The position numbers and the translations under genes are program-made. The notes below the pieces were generated by a model. It was not told the DNA's origin, made no database searches, and saw only the letters and a program-made list of their open reading frames with translations. Shown piece after piece: positions 22,801 to 35,384 of a stretch of DNA of 52,171 bases (positions are counted from its first letter, which is position 1; the number at the start of each line of letters is the position of its first letter). Location: positions 1 to 52,171 of the forward strand of contig DF237553.1 of the NCBI GenBank assembly GCA_000708835.1, in the 5' to 3' direction. This DNA is from Klebsormidium nitens. Taxonomy: Eukaryota > Plantae > Klebsormidiophyceae.

Positions 22801-24545
22801 TGGGAAATAGATCTGAAACTGAACACAAACATTGAAACAAAAGATTTGATGTTGTTTCCGTCTTCGATCGTTCAATCTGATCGTCTGGCGTTTCAACGAT
22901 CTCGGACGCTTACACGAAGGCCATTATGACAAGTGACAGATCGTTCGAAGCCTTGGGAGTGTCTTGAGGTCCTAATTGTTAGTTAAGATTCATCTTGACA
23001 GGTGTCAGTCAGCTGTCAGAGGAGAGCGGCCTTCTGCCTGGAATTTTGACGGCACAGAGCGAGGTGAGGAAGCAGGCTCTGGCTTCAGATCGTTTATGAG
23101 AGTCCGTTTTGAGTCATATATGACCTTCCACGGCGTCCAAACGAGTTGCTGACTGAGTCGTACACGCAAAAGGCCTTCCTGAACCCGCAAGCTCTGCTTT
23201 GAACCCAGTGGCTGAACTCGCAAGCAGATAGCGTGTTTTTCGGTTTACGCAAGACGGCTGCGCTTCTAATCCCGTCATAAAACACTGCCAAGCAAGTAAG
23301 ATGAAGGGCTTCTCGAGACCGTTTAGACGCTCCCCTCCTAGCTTCGCCTGCCCAGTGTTGCGTCCATTGTCTCAACTGGCTCCTTTCCGCCCAGGCCCCG
23401 GGCGGTGACGCGCCATTCCGCGCCCCGGCATCCGACGGCCCCGCGGCAAGCGACGACGCGCGCGCTCTGGAAGAGGCCCGCGCCAGGATCCAACAACTAG
23501 AGAAGGAGCTCCACGACTCGCTGCAGGTCCGCCACCTCAGCCGCCCGGCGCTCCTGCCGCAGGGGCGCTCCGACCCGCGCTGCTCGCGTTCGTTCCGGTC
23601 GTCCGCGGTTGCAAATTCTCTTCTCAAAAATCTCTCGCCGCTCCTCTTCTCAATTCTGTCTCCATGAATACTGTAAACTTGAAATCCATCCGCAGAGCAA
23701 GGTCGACGGGGAAGTCGATTCAAACAGGCATTGTTTTAAGCCGTTCATGGTCCCTCGTCCTCCATGGCCGCTCCCTCACTCGTACCTCCTCTCGCTGTTT
23801 ACCCCGCAGATGGCGCTGCTCCCCCCCACGGCCCCCTTCCCCGCATGCGCGTGCCGCGTGGACCGGCTGGCGGAGGAGGAGGCGCGCTGCCTGGAGTCGG
23901 CCGCGCTCGCGCGCATCACCGCGGGGGAGTACGTGGACACGCGCTTCATCAAGAACATGACCGAGCGCGAGCAGGAGATCCTCCTCGTCGAGGCCATCAA
24001 GCAGGTGCGCGCGCAAAAACCTGCCGTTAAAGGGATTGTATTCTTGCCCGGCTTGCAATCCTTTCATAAGGATGATGTGAGTGTGGCATTGCGACCAAAG
24101 AGACCTTTCAGAACTCGCATGCCTTTCATTCGGCTCGTGCCTGTTCTTCTGTTTGCTCTCCCAGGGACTTGTTCTGACGAAGCGGCTGGCAAACAGAGGG
24201 ATCAAGGAAGAAGCCGCAGCGAGTTGGTCGCTTTCGTGGAATCGGCTTCTGTGCTCCGTAAGCATGGGATTAGGGGACCCAGGTTACGTTGAGAGCGGGA
24301 CCCCAGCAGTCGATGATGGGTCTCCAGCTTGGTCGCACTTTGTACTCTGTCCTGCCGATGTGAACGCCCGTGGGCGTGCTTTGCAGGAGCGGATGGCGAC
24401 CGTGGTGCACATGAAGGACAAGTTCTTCGCAAGCGAGGCCAAGCGCAAGCGCGCCGAGGAGACGGTGGAGCAGTACAAGCGCCGCCTGCACGACCTCGAA
24501 CAGCAGCTGCACGCGCGCACGGCGCCCGCCGCTGCGCAACAGTGA
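19850..24545 (+). CDS. Uncharacterised multi-exon coiled-coil protein (5' end unresolved)
   Basis: In-frame GT-AG exons at about 19850-20020, 20219-20460, 21247-21359, 21838-22050, 22337-22417, 22677-22743, 23002-23063, 23394-23525, 23810-24004 and 24387-24545. They encode heptad-like segments such as KQLEEALRHYARLQQEL, ENEELRLKVTTLE, LEEARARIQQLEKEL and RAEETVEQYKRRLHDLEQQL. I do not recognise the family. Confidence 0.7.
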
Positions 24546-25837
24546 TCTCATAGGAAAAGGGCCGGCCTTAGGTGCAAAGCGGAAGCTACAAGGAGAAAAT
24601 GCAGAAGAGAGGTACTGTTTGGAAAGGTGTTGAGTCGACAATGGTTTGCGACGGGTAACGGGTGACAATCTTCTCATGTATCGAGACATGGTTCGTCTGC
24701 ACTGCATCTGGTAGGAAGTTGAAAAGGAGGATGACCTCTCTGGTCGTCGAAGAAAGTAAATTCTGGTGGGTTGTAGGATATGATCATTTGTACGTGCCAT
24801 TATCCCGAATAGGCGCACGAACTTCGGCGCGAGTCGTGAGGGATAAGACAAGGGTGAGAGCCATATCCTGAAAGTGTAGAAAGGCAAAATGTAGTCGAGC
24901 ATTCAGCATTCTGGAAAAGGGGTAGAAAAGTAAGCCTTCCTTGGAGGAATGTTTACACTTGCTGACGTTCGGAATTTTTCGACACTGATCATCGATGGCC
25001 CGGGTGCATGTGGTCTTAATTAAGCACTTTTTGCTTCCGAGTTCCAAACGGCTTGACAAGCATCAAAAAGCGCGTTTAATGTCCCAGTCAATTCGAATTA
25101 ACGGAAACACTTCGGTCGCGAGTTGAGTCTCCCAAAAATAAATGACTTCTTGAATTCTCGAGAAATGAGGGCACAAACGTCGAGCTAGGTGTGAGCGAAC
25201 CATAAGAGTGCGTCTTTATACATGATAAACCTAGGAGTGCAGCCGGTCTTCGTGCCGAGCCCCGTAAGAGCATGGCATGAGTATGTGGAGTGCACAGTGT
25301 CTGATTCCTGATCTGAATTAAACTGGGCAAGTTGCTCGCAAGACGTTACGTGTTACCCCCTCCCTTCACTGGCAGCAGCCCTTCTCGTCGGCCGCCGCGC
25401 GAGCTAGCGCACTGATTGACCAAGTGCTAGCTCAGCTGTCGCGCCGGCTCCGCGTTGACGCGGCCGCCAAACCAGATGTCGCGGCTGGACAGGACTCACA
25501 GTCACCCGGAACTTGGGTAACAAACCTGGTTAGTGCATATTGACAACCCCGGTTAGTGCAGGTGAAGGTCCGATGCAAGCTGCCCCACTGGGCCAGAGCT
25601 GTGCAATGTGCGTCAGGGTGTGCCGCCCCATTGATCGTGCTCAAGCCTCAAGGCAGCAGGGCACAATGCTGCTCCTTCCAGCCGCTAGAGAATCGGAGGA
25701 TTTAGGTAGCGCAGAGCGGTACTGGGTGGAGGGTCCAAATTTGAAAGGGCTTCAATCTGACATGAGTCTCATGCTTCACAAGAATCACTTCGCAGTCCTG
25801 AGGTAGAACCTAAAAGTGAGCTGCTTGCATACACAAG

Positions 25838-28800
25838 ATGGCCAGCTTTCGGAAGCGGGGTGCTGTCGCCCTTGCATTGGACCCGCTGCCCTTCAAGAAG
25901 CTGCGCCACATCACAGCGGAGGGGGGTGAAGAGGCCAGCAAGTAAGCGCACCAATCAAAGGAATTTTAGAGTTGCCATTCTGGTCCTAATCATTGGCAGC
26001 TCAGTGAATCCCGCTTGTTCCTTAGACTCGGTGGACTACTGTGCCATCTGCCACGAGCAGGATGGACCTCGCTCTGCTGTTGAAGCCCTTGCTTCGGGGC
26101 CACCTGATTTCAGACTGAAAAACTTCTTAGCGGGCTTCAGGGAGACTCTGATAGACAGAACAAGGATCGGGCCTGGACCTTGATAGTCACTCCATATCGG
26201 TGTCCAGCTCCTTCCTCACCACCTCATGGAACTTTTGTGTACAGGGAGCCTACTCGCGATGAGCAGTTGGGCGCCTTGCTTGGGCGCCTCCCCTTCCAGG
26301 CCGATGGCGCCACCCTTCCTGCGGCCCTGGGGGGCGCTGCCGGCGGGGCGGCGGAGAATGCGGGACGGCAGCAGTGGATGCGCGAGCTGGGGGAGCAGCT
26401 GGCAGCCGCCCAAGAAGAGCTCAACATCATGCTGGATGTCATTCACCAGGTGGGGAGCTGCTGCATAACTATTGAAGTCGGAGCCCCTGCGGCGGCCTTG
26501 ATCAGGAGCCTTGTGTGACCCAACCTAGCGTGAGCGCCACCATGCTTGGGCGCACACTGGGTCATATTTTGGGTACCGTGTGCGGAATGCAGACAAGGAC
26601 ACCCAGTTGAGATTTCGACTTTCTTTGCATCTTGATGAGTGCCTCAGTGGAACATTTGTCTAGGGTGTGTTGTGCCCCTACACAAGCCATGCACTTGACT
26701 TGGGCTTGGTGTAAGTTGGAAGATGGCGCTGGCCCCTGCAGGTGGAGGCCGGCACGCTGGTGACCGTGGAGAATGTGCAGCGGCCCAAGCCCACGCTGGC
26801 GGAGCACAAGGACGATGTGGCCAAAAGGGTAAGTCATTTGTCTTTGGTGTCTGTCCCCCCTAGCCCACCAGGTGCCTTTTTGTTTTTGTGGACTCTTACC
26901 ACTTTGATGAGCAAGGCGCATGATCTGCGGAGACACCCTTTGTACCGTTGTCTCCCAGCCAGTCGAATCTGCTGGCAGTTTGAGTATGGATTAGAATGAA
27001 GCAGATAGATGCTACCTGCATTGGTAGCTAACGAGTTCTGGTGCTTGTCTCAGAAGGCGTTTCTTTCGGCTGCGAAAGCAGCTTGAATGCTCCTAAGTTT
27101 GTGTGTACATTCGATCCCACTCTGCCAAATCTGGCGCAAGGCCTGAACAATGGCTGGTTGGGGGTGGTGCTGCAGGTGGGGATGAAGCAGGCTGCCACGC
27201 AGAGCGCGCATGAGCGGCTACAGGCGGTGGCGCAGCGCATCAAGAGCACGGTGGACACGGACCAGGCCTTCTACGACGACCTGCGCAGGTACGCCAGGCA
27301 GATGTAATGGTGCGCTCACTTGAGAAACTCGTGGTCGAAGAGCTGAAGTATCATGCAAAGAGCTACTGGTATTGGGCGCGTTAGCCCAGTACGTAATTCT
27401 TATGCACGTTTGTCCATGTCCAAAATACTTTTCCGATATCGAAGCACACTTTCTCCCCGTAACCAGAGATGCTTTGCCCCTTCTGATGACCTTTCTGTTT
27501 CGGTCCGTACAGACTGCAAGCAGACTGGAAGGTGAAGCGCCTCGTCTCCCATGGTCGCGTGCGCTTTCTGGTGGACCTCTCCTTGCCCCCCCCCATGCGC
27601 GGCGCCCCGCCCGTCTCGAGTCGTCTCCGGAGCAGCCTCCCCGAGCGAGAGCAGGCTGCGGCGCAGGTCGAGCTGACACGTGGCAAGGACGGCCACGTGG
27701 CAGCGGTGCCAGAAGCACACCGCCCGCAGTGGGAATTTGTGGTGCAAATACATGAACAGGGGGGGCACATACAACGGGAGTCAGAGGCAACGGGGGCCAG
27801 TGAGCATGACGGACCTGATGTTGCCATGATTGACGTCAAGGAAGGTGGTGAGGCCTTCGTTGGCGAGAAGGCCGAAACCGCTGTTTCGAACCTTGGTCGG
27901 GGACGCGAGGCGGGGCCAAGTCAAGGGGCAAATATTGAGGAAGTGCATGTGAGGCTGCGGCGGCTGCAGGCGAGCCTGATTGCGGAGGGGGTGTTCGACT
28001 CTCATCTGGGCGAGGCCGTGGCGCACCCCCCCTCGGGGGCCCTGGTAGTGCGCGCCAGTACTAGTGAGCTGGAGCTCAGCCTGGCACACGGCCAGCGGCT
28101 GCGCTTGTATCTGCGGCGAACGCCGAGAGGGGGGGTCGAAGAACATGGCCGGGCAGGGGAGGGGAAAGCAGCAGAGGCACGCGCTTTCCTGATGGAGCAC
28201 TTCATCGAAGTCAGGTACGGGGGCCAGAAGCGGGGCAGGTCAGGAACGGAAGAAGAAGAGAAGAAGCAACGGCGGGGGGGTGACCATGGGGGCAGTGGCA
28301 GTGCGGAGGCGGAGGGGGGCCTGGCGCGGCTGTGCCGGGCACTGCAGCAGGAGCATGCGTGGAGCATCATCCAGCGACAGGTGGAGAAAGCGGTGAGCCG
28401 CAGCCGCTCTTCTCATCGAGCCGCTGATTGAATTTAAGCAGCCTTTCATTTTTCGATTCTCACTGCCAGAGCCGCAAAAGATGTAGATGGAGGTCGAAGG
28501 CGTCACAATGGTCCTCTGTGAAGGCCCGCTCTTTGCAGGACTGCGCTTCTGGGATTCAACGGAGCAGCTCTAGGTTCGACAGTATGCTGCTAGAAAAGGA
28601 AAAGTCGAAGAAAAATGTGCTGCAAAAAGACCTTCCGGCCCTGTGTCCGTTTAGCTCGACTGCATTTCCTGCTGCAAACCCCGCTGCTCCTTGCGGAGTT
28701 CCTGGCCCCCCACCTATTCTTCATTGCTGAAAAGTCTGACCGCTTCAGAAGCCGTCAAAAGTCCGCACGAGCTTCTCGTCTTATCTGACCCCATAAGTTA

Positions 28801-29968
28801 GCAAGTCCGCTCGTGCCAAACCTCTTCTCGTCTCTTTCCGCGCTCTTTTTCTCACCATGTTCCCTCGTTTCCTCCCCGCCAGGTGCGCGCTATCCCTGGT
28901 GCGCACACCACGGCGTGCCTCCCTTCGCTGTTCCGGTCGCCGCCAGCGGAGTGGTGGCTGGCCGTCCACGTGGCAGGCCGGGAGGTGGTCACTGTGCTGG
29001 ACGACGGGACGCGGTGCCAGATTCGCGGGCAGGGCGCGCCGCACCACGGCGACATCAACGCTGCCTACATAACGGCCTACGTCCAAGATGAGGTCAGCGC
29101 CCGCTGCATGAACCATAATCGAAATTCTGAAGCTGGGTATGTCCTTGCACAAACTGCGGCTGCTGAATCGACAACGTGCTCCACAATCTGGTTCTTTCCT
29201 AAGTCCGACATCTGTACTCCTCAGTTGTGAATCTGACAAACGGCATCCTCTGCAGAAGAAGCCTACTCTCACATTGTAGGAATCAATCTGTTTCATTTTC
29301 TCCTCGAGAATCCAAACACTGTATCTTCTGCCTTTCCGTCGACTTGTATGATCGTGACCGTCCATCTTTGCTCCATCAACAGTGTGGGCAACCCGGATTT
29401 TCACCTTGGCGTCTCTCTTCACGTTCGAGGGCAGGGGCAAATTCTCACGTCGGCGGCTGAAGGTCCCGAACTTTTAGTATCACGGGTCGGTGGAAAGGGT
29501 TGTGTGTCTCGCTTCCTTAGCGTTACCCTAGTCTGACCCTGTCCGTCATCGTCACTTGCTAAGATCGCCCGGTATCAAATCCGGCAAGTCTGCACGGCTG
29601 CCCTGGAGCGACACCTTGCGGCGGAGCTGCGCGGCCTGCTCACTGTGGTCCTGGTGGCAGCCCTCGACGACGAACACGAACGGACGGGATGGGCCTCGCT
29701 GCGGCGCGCGCTAGTACCAGAAAACGGCTCCAAAATCGATGCTGACGTCGAAAAGGCAGAGTTGTGGGTCACGGCGAGTCCCGCATCGTCCGATGGGGGG
29801 ATCGGATGGCAGGTGACGTACAAAGCGCAGCGGAAGGGGTGGCGCGGCAAGAGGGAGGGGGTCAAGGGCCACGACGTGCCGCTTGAGGTCGTGAAAAAGA
29901 TGGGCGGTGAGGGCAAGCTGGGGGAGTTCCTGACGTGGCTCACGGGTGTGATTTCAACAGGTCAATAA
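25838..29968 (+). CDS. MED17: Mediator of RNA polymerase II transcription subunit 17
   Basis: Exon 1 LALDPLPFKKLRHITAEGGEE resembles plant MED17 ISLDRLPIKRLESIEENG. Next come ELGEQLAAAQEELNIMLDVI, VTVENVQRPKP and DQAFYDDLRRLQADWKVKR (plant: RFYGALIRLQRNWKVKR). The stop codon ends at 29968. Confidence 0.85.
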
Positions 29969-32465
29969 CCTGCAAGCTGAAATGTACAGAGATCAAAGCA
30001 TACAGAGGCTCTCCATGCCGACCAGCTCAAAAAGTCAACACAGAGCGCGCCGATATACACTGGATGTAACCAGGTCATACTACGGCAACACTGGCCTCGA
30101 GTCGGTCAATCTGCCTCTGCCACACCGGATTTAGGGCTGATGTACAATGGCTACTTTCAAATATCGGGTTGTGCCCCAGATTGACTACAGTAGTTTGGCA
30201 TCCTCCCCCTCCCAATCCAGTTCAACTCAGTCCTCCCTCTACTATCATTTTATGTCGATCAGGGATTATTTTTGGTGAGTTCGGCAGATGGGGATACCCG
30301 CACTGTTCTCTTTCATTCGAGGCCCTTATACGGACACATCTTAAAGAAGATACGGCGAACTCGTAAGTTCAAGGGGCGAATGGTTGGCCCAAACCTCACG
30401 AGTTCTACACAAAAACGTTCTTCTGGGACAGATGGGGCCATCATATGTCGTCTGGCGTCCACACTTCTCGACAGGTTCCAGGAGGTCTGTCTGAATTTCG
30501 AGTGGCATCTTATCACAATTCTAGATTGGCACGATATCTGGTTTAGCGTGCAATGAGTAGTCCCCTGTCTTGTGTGCCACGTTGGCCGTTCTTATGGCAT
30601 GACCCTCCAGTTCGAAGCTAGCAGCGTAGCCGGGCTAGTCGTGCATGGCGGCAAAGCGTTCATCAGGCTTTAAGCTTGTTCTCGATCAGGCTCATGCATG
30701 ATGGATCAGGCGCCTCGATCGTCCATCTCATACATATGAACATCTAATCAATGGCCCTGTTGAACGGGCAGTGCTCACGAAGGCATGCGCCCGGCCATGA
30801 TATTGATCGATGAGAGCGAATGAGAGGATACATAATTCGGTATGCATAGCATGTAGATGTAGAGCATTTTGCAAGACGCGGTTGCTTCAATCAATTAACT
30901 AATATTAAGCATCGTGCAACAAACATTCGGGCCTACAAGGTCTTTTCGAGTATCCCGCCCAAGCGAGTAAACACCGTACTGCATCGATCATGACAAAAGC
31001 TCCGCGCTCGGGATGGATGCATAATCATGCATGCGGCGATCCGACGCGACCGTCCGTTGCACTGGCATTGATCTGGAGCAACTTCTTGCATGTCCAGCAG
31101 CGGCGGAACCAACTTGAAAGCTGGTTCGCAGCGTGTTTGTTCCGCGACTGGCAGTCACTGGTTCTGCTTCAAAATTAGCAGCCTTGCATGATCAGAGTCG
31201 ACTGATGGGAGATCTCGCGACGAGTATTGTATAGGATGTTTCCAGAAAGAGAACTAGGGGGCTGCTCGGAACTCTGCTATTGTACAGCAATTTGAGGGTG
31301 CTTGCTGCCTACGTTGGCCTATGATATTGACACTGGAACACATCGCAGCTTGTGTTGATTGTGTACGTAGCATAAGAACCTCGAACGGTTATCATTCTGC
31401 AGCAATGCAACGGCCGAAGCGGTGAATGCATAATCTGAGCAGGCTTTGATTCCTTTGCAAGCCTTGCTTCGAGCGTCTCAATCAATTGCTTCAAGCTTGT
31501 GGCATGCCGAATCTTTTTTTGTTCGTTGCAAGAGAGTGCCTGGATAGTTGCCGGCACGCTCTTTTATGCGGACTGGCTCGCTTTCCTCGATTCCCCGGCG
31601 CTGGCCGCGCCACACGAAGCAGCTTCAGAGTCACAAATTGTAGACGAGCTCAGTGCCTTGCGACGCCGGAAAGCTTGCGAAAGTTAAGCTGATTGCCAAC
31701 GTCACAACCTTTCGGCTCGCTCGCGCACGATTGGAAGGTTCGCTGTTGCGTGCGGGTGTCACCCGCTCTTCGTCTCGTGCGGTTTGCAGGGCCTCAGGAA
31801 ACTCAAGCAGGATCCTTCAATCATGATGCGGACATGCAAGGCTGTAGTGGGTTTCGGGGGAGGATGCTGACTCGGCAGCTCCTTCACGTGCGTGTCAACA
31901 TATGCCTACCAGTTCTTTGATGCTAATACAACCCAATTGACGAAGCGGCACTTCCACTGCCGTCATGCTATCATCTAGACATCCACTAGCTTGCCCGTTT
32001 CGTTCTGCCGCAGTCTTTTGGGTATTGACAAATCTCTGTAACGCCTGCATCGACTGAAAGCTGCTGCAGTTGCAAGCAGTTTTGCTTGCCGCCATTGGCG
32101 TGCCCTGCATTTTGGGTACTTTGAAAGTCCGAAAGTTGCAGGTCTGACGTGCTCCCTACGACCCATGAGAATCTGAAGTACCCAGGTCGGACTCTTCTCC
32201 TCACCAAACAAATCCGCTTCTCATGTGGCAGTCTCAGCTTCGAAGATCTTTCCAGACTCCTTTTCCTACGAGCAGCCATTCTACGAGCAGGCCGATTGCA
32301 AAGCGGATTCAGAAAGCCAGATCCGCTCGCCCTTCAAAACCCTGTGACCTCCGTCCATCTCATTGAATCCAGGTTAAGTCTTCCTTCCAACGTCCCAGAA
32401 GTCCTCTGCTTACCGACCATCAACTTTCCCAGAAGTTTTGGAGCAAGCAGCATGGCTGGCCCTAG

Positions 32466-35384
32466 CTGCGTGACATTGTGCATGCAGCCTTTGGCGCGCT
32501 GATCTTCCTGGTACTTCTCACGAGAGGCGAGGTAGGCACTGGCTTCTCTTGATCTACCGATAAACTCATCGTGCATTTCCATCCCTTTCCCTAGATTGAA
32601 TGTAGTATATGTATTCTTCCGCCTTGGATTGAATCTGGCTGTTTCGTAAAGAGCTTCTTTCTTCGTAAAACGGAGTACTCCCATGCACCTGGCTGGATGT
32701 CAACGCAGTTCAAGTAGAGAGTTGTTTCTTCGCTCGCTCCTGAAACAGGCTTGCTGGAAACTGCTTGACTATGGCATTAGCTGCTCTGATGCCTCAATCT
32801 TTTGTGCTTAAATCATCTGCGCTTTCCTTGCCAGGTCACCGCTCGTCCTCTCAGTTCTTTGATCCCGAATGCGCACTTCTTGAGAAGGCAGGTGCTGCAA
32901 GCCGCTGATCTAGAACGTGAGGAACTCAGACCCAGTGATTCCAGCCTGTTTTCTGCGGCATTTTTGTCTTAGTGCAAGTGCTACAATTGCCTCTGTCCAT
33001 TATTTCTGTCCTTAGATCTGGATGCTGAACCATGCTTTAGAATTTTGAATGGTTTTTAGGGTACCACCAAATTCTTGCAGAGATTGAATTGAGATGTCAT
33101 CTTCATTAATTTCTGGTGAGACCTTTTGCTCGGCTTCTGGTTATACCAGTCTATCTATTCTTTGTTACAGAGAACTGGGACCCAACCTGATCCAGAATGG
33201 AGATTTCGAGAACCCTGGAAATGTCCGTGACTATTCGAAGAACACCCCAACTGACCTTCACTACAAGGTTTGCGCGCCTGGTCCATAATTGCTTTTCACT
33301 TATCCTGAGAAATCGGATGCACGTGGATTGAGCATAGTTTTGAATCTTATCATTTGCAGATGACCCTGTATATGCTTACTCAAGTCTTCCAAAAGCTGTA
33401 CAAACCGAAACTAGATCAGATCATGTTGAGAAGCATAAGTGATGAAAATTCAGGACCCTACTGACATGCTTCTGACAGTACCTTGTGCTTTATCTCCTCC
33501 AGATCTGGTCAGCAGCAACTGCACCTACTGCTATTCCTGGCTGGACCGTCGAGAATGGCACAGCGGAGTTGGACGACTCGCAACTCGTGTGGGCTCAGCC
33601 AAATGGGTCACACTGGAACCTCGATATCTCAGGTGAGAAAGCTGTGAGCTTCTCTTTGCCACGTAGGCAGAAATGATGTGTAGCTGGACTTCGTTGGGAA
33701 AGGCAAATTCATACTCAAATCATACTGGGTTTCTATTCGAGCGTGTCCATGACATGCTGGATACCTCTTCCGAGAAAACGAACAGACCTACTTAAAACTT
33801 CCACATGGTCTCAGTACAGTACCTAAACAGTGTCTGACTGTTGCAACCGTCGACCTGCAAGCGATGGACCTGGAGGCATTTGCCAGGTGGGACACCTTGC
33901 TGAACTCCTAAAAATAGTCTGGTCTGGATGCTCTTCATTGCACAGAAGAGGAAAGCAAAAGCTTGTGTTGACAAGAGGACGTCAGTGGCGTATATTTCCG
34001 AAGCACCGTAGAAGTGTTCCATCAACGTAAGGGTGTCCAAAAACTGCAACCTGTACCCTCAAAAATCATTATGTAGCCTTGCGGAAGCGTCGGTCAAAGC
34101 ATTCTTCTGGGCTGACCCGTCTTCTGACCTGCCTGCAGACTTTCAACACCACCGCCGGACAAGTGTACCAGGGCTCCTTCCTACTGGCAGGTGAGAGAGG
34201 CCATCTGCGTAACTTTCTCGTCTTGTTTGAAAGTGCTTGCTGCATATGCTCCAAAAGAAGAGAGGTCGCGAGGCTACCATTAGGGCACCAGGAATTGCCT
34301 CATTTTCTAAGCCAGCTGCGCTTCAACGTATCCTTACTGTGACCTTCTTCTTCTCTTCTCCTTGTTTTTCTTTTCTTTCTCTATTTCTTTGTTTCTCGAC
34401 GTTTCTTTCGCAATGGTCCTTGCACCCTATCCGCTTCTCTCCTCTCTTCTATACTGACTGTTCGTCCTCGGTGCAGGCAACGTGTACGGCCCGCCCCTGC
34501 TCAAGACGGTGGATGTGAACGTGTCCGGCGGCGGCTCCTTTCTGTTCGCCAACAGCTACACGTTCGACATCGCGGGCAAGACGCGCAACGCCATGGGCTA
34601 CGTCAGCAAGACCTTCACCTTCACCGGCGGCGCCGGCAACTCATCGCAGCTCTGCTTCGCCTCCAAGGATCCGGCCACCACCTCCTGCGGAGCGGTGCTC
34701 GACAACATCGTCGTTGCAGCAGGTGGGCTCCCGCAAAGGTCCCCCCCTTCCGTCGGACTTCTCTCTAGTAGTCTCGGAAACGGACGTCACCAACATCATT
34801 GCCAATTTCTTAAGTCGCTCCAAACTGACTGCTTCCAAATTCCGTCATTGTTGATTTGATCTGCCGTTCAGAATTTCCTCGTTTATCCCTCGTCAGAATC
34901 TCGATCTGACTCCTCACTTTAATCATTTTTGAAAGGTCTGCTGTCAAGAGTCAAATCTTGAACCCTTTCTCTTTGCTCAGAACGGTCTAGCTTAAGAAGG
35001 ACGTGAGGCTGCCTGTCGGATCGCCTACGTGAACAATCAAATCCGTTTCCTCTCGCAGTGTTGCCGCCTGCTCCGGCCCCTGCTCCCGTGCCCGGCCCCG
35101 CCCCAGCTCCCCTCGTCGCGCCTGCACAGCCTCCAATCGTGGTTCCCGCGCCGCCGCTCGTCGCGCCCGCGCCTCCTCTGGTCGTGCCATCCCCTCCCGC
35201 TGTCGTCATCCTGCCACCGCCCAGCTATCCGGGGCAGCCAACGGGCTACGGAGCGCAGCCCGGGGGCAATGGTGGCGAGCCTACAGGGTACGGAGGACAG
35301 CCAACCGGTTATGGTTCCCAGCCCGCCCAACCGACAGGTTATGGAGCCCAGCCCGGCCAGCCCACTGGTTACGGACAGCCATAG
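32466..35384 (+). CDS. Probable secreted DUF642 / choice-of-anchor-C (galactose-binding-like) domain protein with Ala-Pro-rich linker and (Q/E)PTGYG repeat tail; start codon unresolved
   Basis: Signal-like exon 32466-32531 (LRDIVHAAFGALIFLVLLTRGE) is spliced to VTA-RPLSS (32835). It continues NLIQNGDFENP, IPGWTVENGTAEL, W..PNGSHWNLDIS, TFNTTAGQVY..SFLLAGN, FDIAGKTRNAMGYVSKTFTF, LCFAS....SCGAVLDNIVV. The last exon 35059-35384 is the Pro-rich and repeat tail. Confidence 0.8.
35235..35381 (+). repeat. Coding repeat: five copies of (Q/E)PTGYG at the protein C-terminus
   Basis: Translation QPTGYGAQPGGNGGEPTGYGGQPTGYGSQPAQPTGYGAQPGQPTGYGQP*. Copies differ at synonymous sites (Thr codons ACG, ACA, ACC, ACA, ACT). 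Confidence 0.92.

Noticed and set aside
30169-30556. Possible degraded TE or viral coding remnant
   Set aside because: The translations I read show no RT, integrase, transposase or capsid motifs, so I cannot support this without a database search.
32334-32684. 116-aa minus-strand ORF starting with ATG
   Set aside because: It overlaps the signal-peptide exon of the plus-strand gene, and has no motif or splice support.
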